64,000 bases of DNA from Octopus sinensis (taxonomy: Eukaryota). The first letter of the stretch is position 1; each line of letters opens with the position of its first letter. Made by a program: the position numbers and the translations under genes. Positions 56,065-64,000 of the stretch are shown in pieces. The stretch covers positions 147,374,001 to 147,438,000 of the forward strand of contig NC_042999.1 of assembly GCF_006345805.1 (NCBI RefSeq), written 5' to 3'. A model generated the notes under the pieces. That model was not told the DNA's origin and did not search any database. It saw only the letters and a list, made by a program, of their open reading frames with translations.

Positions 56065-56441
56065 TATGGATGAGAGGGAGTATGGAGGGATGATCTATCC
56101 GGGCGGATACCGCATTTGCCCTCAGTTAAGTTCCAGTTAACGGCTAACAACAACGATCCTTACCTAACGTCTATATATTTATTCTTCCGAAGGGTAATTC
56201 TGTGTACTGTTCGCTGGACGGTAAAACTTGTCTGTAATGTATAATACGATCAGACCTTCAAGAGATATATACATAATTCAAGATAGGCAACGCTCCAGCA
56301 ATATTTGAGCTTGATATAACAAATAAATAAAATAACCTAAACATAAAAATATTTAATAACATCATTAATAAAAACAAAACAAATACCTTACCCAATATAT
56401 AACACAAATCATGATCAGCCCAGGCAAAAAATGAATTTATA

Positions 56442-56629
56442 CAGGTGTTGGACAAAATAATGGTTACACCTAGGATATTAGCATCATAATTTTGAAATAT
56501 CTATAAAACCGTCAAAACTTGTTTATTATTTTGTTTGTTTTTTTATAAAATTGCTGTTTCCTTTCAGATATCATCAGAAAAAGGTAATTAAAATTCATTA
56601 AAATGACAGATCTATCGGACTTTCAACGA
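56442..56629 (+). mobile_element. Tc1 5' fragment (same family as 42672)
   Basis: TA-CAGGTGTTGGACAAAATAATGG TIR and MTDLSDFQR start. Confidence 0.88.
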
Positions 56630-56650
56630 GTGTTATTTCTTATGTATACA

Positions 56651-57072
56651 TCTCTTTTACTCTTTTATTCTTTTACTTGTTTCAGTCATTTGACTGCGGC
56701 TATGCTGGAGCACCGCTTTTAGTCGAGCAAATCGACCCCGGAACTTATTCTTTGTAAGCCCAGTACTTATTCTATCGGTCTCTTTTGCCGAACTGCTAAG
56801 TGACGGGGACGTAAACACACCAGCATCGGTTGTCAAGCAATGCTAGAAGGACAAACACAGACACACAAACACACACACGCATATATATATATATATATAT
56901 ACATAAATACGACAGGCTTCTTTCAGTTTCTGTCTACCAAATCCACTCACAAGGCATTGGTCGGCCCGGGGCTATAGCAGAAGATACTTGCCCAAGTTGC
57001 CACGCAGTGGGACTGAACCCGGAACTTGTGGTTGGTTAGCAAGCTACTTACCACACAGCCACTCCTGCGCCT
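56651..57072 (-). mobile_element. SINE family A (full length)
   Basis: As 1564-1967. Confidence 0.88.
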
Positions 57073-57839
57073 GTATATGTATACATCTGCATGTATACAT
57101 ATACATATATCTTGTATTTTGTACCCAAACTATTATATACAATATATTTAATATATTTGCTATTTTTAACGTATTTAGTTCGTTTATCCGCACAATTGCC
57201 TCCCATACCCGCTCAAATTAATCTCTCTTGCAGCCTTTCTTTACCTGGTGGAATTGATCCCCTGTAAGTTTGAATATTTTTTGAGAACTACAGTTTTCTA
57301 TACTGAGAATTTCTTGATCACATCTGCAGGCTTTATATATGTGTGTAGGGGGTGTTTGTGTGTGTGAGTGTCCTTCAGTCCTTCAGTAACAACAAACTTT
57401 GATAAACTGAGTGGTTACTACTGAATTCATGCCACGACACACAGAGAAGATGTTCTTGGAGCCGATACTTTGAACTTAAGAAGACATTATCTCTCGATGA
57501 AATACAACTAGAACTCATAATGCAGGGTAACGATTGCATGATCAAGTATCTGTACTACGTTGCGTAGAAACAATTGTAGTGATTGAAAAAATACATATAG
57601 AATCACACTTACACGCCTTTTGATTACTTGTACGGATAGTTACTAATATATATACATATAGGTACGCCGAAAGGTTACTATTCTAAGTGCAGAAAGCAGA
57701 AAAGATTTGAAGGACGTACAATTCCAGTTCCAATATCATGCTTGGAACATAGTCTTGTGTTTGTGATAGTATTATAATTGCGTTTGAAGGTATTACACGG
57801 CATGCGAAGTGGAACCTTCTGAGTATCAAGCTTAGTGAG

Positions 57840-58330
57840 TCAAGAAGGAACATTTTTTAAAATTTACTCAAATGGGCCCCAAAGAAATTAAACAGTCTTT
57901 TATATTGTGCAAAGGGTACGAATATTGGAATAACTTTGGAAGCATATGTAAAACCCAATACTTGGATAGAGAGCTGATCTACATCAAAGAACCTTAATAC
58001 AGAGATATTTGATGCTTCGATGTGCTCTTGTAACAGTATTGAAAGATATGATCTGGTCAGCATTTGTAAACTAGATCGAATAAAACAGAGGCACAGATAA
58101 AGGATTTGGAGGTGAGAACGAGATCAAGTGTCTTTGGCGGATCGACCGTTCTAGTAGTTATTACTTAGGCACAGTTATCTAGAATTTTGAATCCTAATGA
58201 ATTTTTAGTCTTAGATTGAGCAATATCAAGTGGTATGTGAGCGATAGCGAGGAGAAATTCCCGTGATCACTTCTGACCAAATTATGTGAAATCCCTTTCC
58301 TTGATGTAGAAAAAAGATTATCAAGCCACA
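57840..58330 (+). pseudogene. Very old PLE RT thumb fragment
   Basis: SICKTQYLDRELIYIKE and YLG traces; heavily decayed. Confidence 0.35.
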
Positions 58331-59345
58331 ACTTTGAACATTCAAGTGTTTATCCAGTTTATATTAATCATGCTGGAGTGGAGACAAACATATTTGTATT
58401 TCATAAATGATATTTTGAAAATATTAATTAATTAATTGAAAATTCTGAATTAATCAAAGAATAAATTGCTATATTTATTCATTTTTATATTTAAATATAG
58501 ACAAACAGAACGTATAGAGAAAAAATGTATTGTGAAATAGAAGCTATATAATCTACGAGCATATTTCACTTCTAGGAATGAAATCAATATTTATAACTAA
58601 ACCATTTCTGTCCCCATGTCGATTTATCCCCAAATTCTCACAAGATGTAGTGAGTACGTAAACGAAAATGCATTCTATAATTAGTCACTGTGTGTCGTGT
58701 GCTTCTTATGGAAACTGTTTTATCGGAATTAATGTTTATTTCGGAAGCTCTCTATGTAAAAGACATAGTGGGGATGAAGAAGTTGGCTGTCATTAGATTA
58801 TTATCCAGTTCAACTGAAGAGACAGATGTCATAGAAATTCAGCTTATTTTAAAGAATTCTTGCATTATTAGAACATAGGATTTGACAGCTACATTATATT
58901 CAAGAATTGTATGTTTGTTGCACTTCTTTTATATTTTTGAAAATTAAGCATTAGAAAACAGGACTCAAACTGAGTTGTTCGGTACGTATAACTAAATGTA
59001 TAAAGGCGTGTTTCTTTGTATTAATATATCTTTGAATAAACACATATTAATTCACATATATCTATCTATCAATCAATATGTTTATGGAAATGAAAAGTAT
59101 GAATATTTATACACACTACAGCAGGTATTTACGAAAAATTGTGCTGTCAGTTGAGGACTTATGTATCCATCAGTTGGTGATTAACTCAACTGACTCGAGA
59201 TAGAAAGCTGAATAGGTATTTTGGTCTCCATGACTACCTTTAACCTATATTGATGCTTCAAAATGAAGCATCTACTGAAATGAATAATGTCCGACATCCC
59301 TCAATACAAATCCCTATTGGATGGATTCTCAGTCGTACTTAGCAC

Positions 59346-59423
<78 letters not shown>

Positions 59424-59497
59424 CTACACACACACATATAACACACACACACACACACGCACGCACACACACACAGAAATATATATATGTATACATA

Positions 59498-59548
<51 letters not shown>

Positions 59549-59585
59549 TTAAAAATATATATTTGCACACGCACGCGCACACATG

Positions 59586-59617
<32 letters not shown>

Positions 59618-59721
59618 CGGAAGTATGTGTGTCTATTTCTGAATCTATGTGTGCGTGTTTTTGTATCTGTGTGTGTTTATTCGTATACAATATTATGTAT
59701 ATATATATATTCCTTGTTTCT

Positions 59722-60175
59722 TGTATTCTTTTACACGTTTTAGTCATTTGATTGCGGCCATAATGGAGAATTGCTTTGAAGGGTTTTAGACGAAGAAATC
59801 GACCCCAGGACTTACCTTTTGAAAACTAGTACTTATGGCATCGGTCTCTTCTGCCGAACTGCCATGTTCCAGGGACGTAAAAAAAATACCGGTTGTAAAG
59901 TGATGATGGGTGGGGGACAAACACACACGCAGACACACACACGAACACACGTGTGTGTGTGGTGTGTGTACATATGTATATATTCTTTTATTCTTGTATT
60001 CTTTTACACGTCTCATTGGACTGTAGCCAAATTGGAGCATAGCGTTGAAGGGTTTTAGTCGAAGAAATTAAACCCAGGACTTATTCTATCGACGTCTTTT
60101 GCCGAACCCCTAAGTTACGGGGACGTAAACACACGAGCATCAGTTGTCAAGCGACGGTGAGGGGACAAGCACAGG
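59722..60175 (-). mobile_element. Two tandem SINE family A 3' halves
   Basis: 59722-59925 and 60000-60175 each match the family A tail. Confidence 0.75.
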
Positions 60176-60211
60176 CATATACACATACATATACATACAT
60201 ACATATATATA

Positions 60212-60308
60212 TCGCTCAATAAACACCTACAATAACCGGTCTGAGAATCAAAACCGCCATCCTACAACCGCGCGTCCGCTGCCCTAACCACTAGTCCATT
60301 GCGCCTCC
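60212..60308 (-). mobile_element. tRNA-derived SINE head (family D fragment)
   Basis: GGAGGCGCAATGGACTAGTGGTTAGGGCAGCGG..GGTTTTGATTC: A and B boxes, no acceptor stem. Confidence 0.7.
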
Positions 60309-60309
60309 T

Positions 60310-62239
60310 TTGAATTTGTTGGCACTGTTAGTTACGAGCAGATCTTCGAAAGGGTATGTTCTTATTTTCAGTGTTTCCAAATCCAAACAAGGAATTTCTG
60401 AGCTGATGATAGAAGTGTTGTTTTGACTAATCTTGAAACGTACGTTCTCAAATAACCTTAGCATTTGATTTTTCGATGTCCTTACCCCCAAACTTTTGTG
60501 AGTTGAATTAAGCAAGCACTATATATGAGAGAGATTTTAAGTATTAGAAATAGCTTTAAAAAAGTTTTTTAGCTGCTATTTCTAATGAGTTCAGTATGCG
60601 GCAAAGTAATTTATTTTACTAAGCCCTTTTAATAATGTAATAATTTGAATTCGCCTTGAATGGTCCCTTTGCATACTGAACACTTGGTGAAATTGATTAT
60701 AATTAATTAATTTTGCCCTCAATTGTTGAAATTATAATTAATCTCCCTCTGATAATGCTTCGGATTTTACCGAAATAAGCATAGTGTTTGATGATTTTAA
60801 CCCACGCTGGTGGAAAGGGGAGAACAGAGATTCTTCGCTTGCTTATTTGAATTTGTTGGCACTGTTAGTTACGAGCAGATCTTCGAAAGGGTATGTTCTA
60901 TTTTCAGTGTTTCCAATCCAAACCAAGGACTTTCTGAGCTGATGATAGAAGTGTTGTTTTGACTAATCTTGAAACGTACGTTCTCAAATAACCTTAGCAT
61001 TTGATTTTTCGATGTCCTTACCCCCAACTTTTGTGAGTTGGAATTAAGCAGCACTATTATGAGAGAGATTTTCTTTAAGTATTAGAAATAGCTTTAAAAA
61101 TTTTTTAGTACTTCATATCTAATGAGTTCAGTATGCGGCAAAGTAATTTATTTTACTAAGCCTTTTATATAATGTAATAATTTGAATTCGCCTTGAATGG
61201 TCCCTTTGCATACTGAACACTTGTGAAATGATTAATAATTAATTAATTTTGCCCTCAATTGTTGAAATTATAATTAATCTCCCTCTGATTAATGCTTCGG
61301 ATTTTACCGAAATAAGCATAGTGTTTGATGATTTTAACCGCTGGGGGAAAGGGGAGAACAGAGATTCTTCGCTTGCTTATTTGAATTTGTGTGGCACTGT
61401 TAGTTACGAGCAGATCTCGAAGGGTATGTTCTTATTTTCAGTGTTTCCAAATCCAAACCAAGGAATTTCTGAGCTGATGATAGAAGTGTTGTTTTGACTA
61501 ATCTTGAAACGTACGTTCTCAAATAACCTTAGCATTTGATTTTTCGATGTCCTTACCCCCAAACTTTTGTGAGTTGAATAAGCAAGCACTATATATGAGA
61601 GAGATTTTCTTTAAGTATTAGAAATAGCTTTAAAAAAGTTTTTTAGCTGCTATTTCTAATGAGTTCAGTATGCGGCAAAGTAATTTATTTTACTAAGCCT
61701 TTTATATAATGTAATAATTTGAATTCGCCTTGAATGGTCCCTTTGCATACTGAACCTTGGTGAAATTGATTAATAATTAATAATTTTGCCCTCAATTGTT
61801 GAAATATAATTAATCTCCTCTGATTAATGCTTCGGATTTTACCGAAATAAGCATAGTGTTTGATGATTTTAACCCACGCGGGTGGAAAGGGGAGAACAGA
61901 GATTCTTCGCTTGCTTATTTGAATTTGTTGGCACTGTTAGTTACGAGCAGATCTTCGAAAGGTATGTTCTTATTTTCAGTGTTTCCAAATCCAAACCAAG
62001 GAATTTCGAGCTGATGATAGAAGTGTTGTTTTGACTAATCTTGAAATGTACGTTCTCAATAACCTTAGCATTTGATTTTTCGATGTCCTTACCCCCAAAC
62101 TTTTGTGAGTTGAATTAAGCAAGCACTATATATGAGAGAGATTTTCTTTAAGTATTAGAAATAGCTTTAAAAAAGTTTTTTAGCTGCTATTTCTAATGAG
62201 TTCAGTATGCGGCAAAGTAATTATTTTACTAAGCCCTTT

Positions 62240-62240
<1 letters not shown>
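60310..62240 (+). repeat. Tandem array, ~537-bp unit x 3.6, one hammerhead per unit (retrozyme or tandem pseudo-LTR like)
   Basis: Unit starts at ~60310, 60847, 61381 and 61919; the array ends at (TA)n. Confidence 0.9.
60399..60450 (+). ncRNA. Minimal hammerhead ribozyme (further copies 60935-60986, 61470-61521, 62008-62058)
   Basis: TGAG-CTGATGA-TAGA..TCTT-GAA-ACGTACGT-T-CTCA. Confidence 0.8.
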
Positions 62241-62301
<61 letters not shown>

Positions 62302-62428
62302 CATCATACATACATATACATACATACATACATACATACATACATACATACGTACATACATACATTCATACATACATACATACATACATACATACATACA
62401 TACATACACCCATGCATGCATGCATGCA

Positions 62429-62459
<31 letters not shown>

Positions 62460-63006
62460 TTGCGTTGTGTGTATATATATATATATCTGTGTGTAAATAT
62501 ATACACACACACGTGGCGGCAGTCAAATGACTGAAACAAATAAAAGGGTGCTCATTTTCATGCGACACAAGAATATTTTGTGGTTTTTGTTATTTGTTGC
62601 ACTTTCGTAAGTCAAATTTCTCTGTCATCCTGTTTTCTCTGTCATCCTTTTCTTGTGTATGTCGATAAATGAAATATCAAAACATCGCAGCATTTCATAT
62701 TATGAGAAGAGGTGCCTTGTAGTATCTATTTCGGTTTGTTTTGTCCTTTATTGAAATACTGCTTGGAGTCACAGGCAAAATTGTTTCGGCGAACGATTAA
62801 AATTGTAATCGGTTTGGCATATCCTTAAGCAAGTGCTAATCTATATTTAGTTGGTTATTTGCCATACCAGCACACCCACTAGCGAGAAGAAGCCAAGTGA
62901 TTTCCAACTGTCGTGATATTACTCAAGAAATATCACGTACAAACGTACACATACGCAGGAATACACACACAGACACATACAAAGACATACACACACACAA
63001 ATAGAC

Positions 63007-63050
<44 letters not shown>

Positions 63051-63599
63051 TGGCAACCAGTTCTAATGGGAAGTAAGTTCGTTTCAACGAATCTAGTGGT
63101 AATCAAATTTATTTCATGAGGATCAAATTGCTTGCGTATATTTTAATTAAGCAAAGCCTACTTGATCAAACCCGCCCCCTACATCTCCGGTAACACACAT
63201 ATAATTAGTGTTGGTGCTTGTGTATTCGTGCAATTTCAACATCGATATGTATGACGTCGTTGTATCGAAACTATAATACTAGTGATTATGAATGCAACGC
63301 ACTAGCGACTGAGGCCCTGAACCTCCACGCAAACATACATACAAGCATACATACATACATACATACATACATACATACATACATACATACATACATACAT
63401 ACATACATACATACATACATACGTACGTACATACATACATACATACATACATACATACATACATACATACATACATACATACATACATACATACATACAT
63501 ACATACATACATACGTGTTCTTCTTCCACTTTTGATTGTCCTGTCGGTATGAAATGTACTGTTGTTGGATAACACATTATATTTATGTGCGAATTGTTT

Positions 63600-63880
63600 G
63601 GGTGTGGCAGAAAAGGAAGTTGTTGTGGTAGGAGAACAGACACGACGAAAGCCTGCTCAAGTTGATCAATGGTGATAGTTTCCTGCATACGCTGAATGCT
63701 CAAAGCCATAGAAATTGGTTCAGCTTTTAAAACATGGTATGGGCCACAATAAACGTCTATCAAGTGTTCGTACAAATACGTGAGTCAAGTTACTGATAGT
63801 GGGTTGAATAAAAGTTATTCGACTGAGGTTTTGTTCTTAATGCCGGTATCTCCGTCATGTACTTTCGCAGCTGATGAATA
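63600..63880 (-). pseudogene. Ty3/Gypsy integrase C-terminal (GPY/F) fragment
   Basis: LTHVFVR..YCGPYHVL..TITIDQLEQAF. Confidence 0.7.
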
Positions 63881-64000
63881 TTGTTGGTTAGGACTAATAA
63901 TTTGTAGGTAAGTGGTATTTCGTTATGCAACAATAATATACAATAAAGTATATTAACTGCGTTTATAAGTAAATACCACGTTCTACTACGTTAGCATATG

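Noticed and set aside
60310-62240. CRISPR-like or coding repeat array
   Set aside because: Whole 537-bp units repeat with no unique spacers, and the short ORFs are broken differently in each unit.

Overview
AT-rich, microsatellite-dense animal non-coding DNA. The SINE, LINE and microsatellite make-up suggests a cephalopod such as an octopus (inference from repeat style, not verified). No intact host gene is supported, and most of the ORF track is microsatellite translation. The window is a mosaic of transposon remains: one near-full-length but decayed Penelope-like element (PLE; RT plus GIY-YIG, 29.6-33.8 kb), many short PLE 3'-end insertions in (TA)n tracts that form inverted-repeat hairpins, mariner, Tc1, a non-autonomous Helitron, RTE, CR1-type and R4/Dong-type LINE fragments, a Gypsy integrase scrap and at least four tRNA-derived SINE families. 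The main hidden signal is RNA structure: about 20 hammerhead-ribozyme (HHR) motifs read by eye. They include C3-G8, U3-A8 and G3-C8 core variants, each family with its own palindromic helix III. Also present are a 4-copy tandem HHR array with a ~537 bp unit (retrozyme-like), a tRNA-headed HHR element and an interleaved double core. The strongest candidate is a covarying, non-circularly permuted, pseudoknotted hammerhead in three copies (25.3-25.5 kb, 35.0-35.1 kb, 35.7-35.9 kb), two of them in 236-bp direct repeats of a non-coding ~1 kb element. All RNA structures were derived manually and no activity has been tested.
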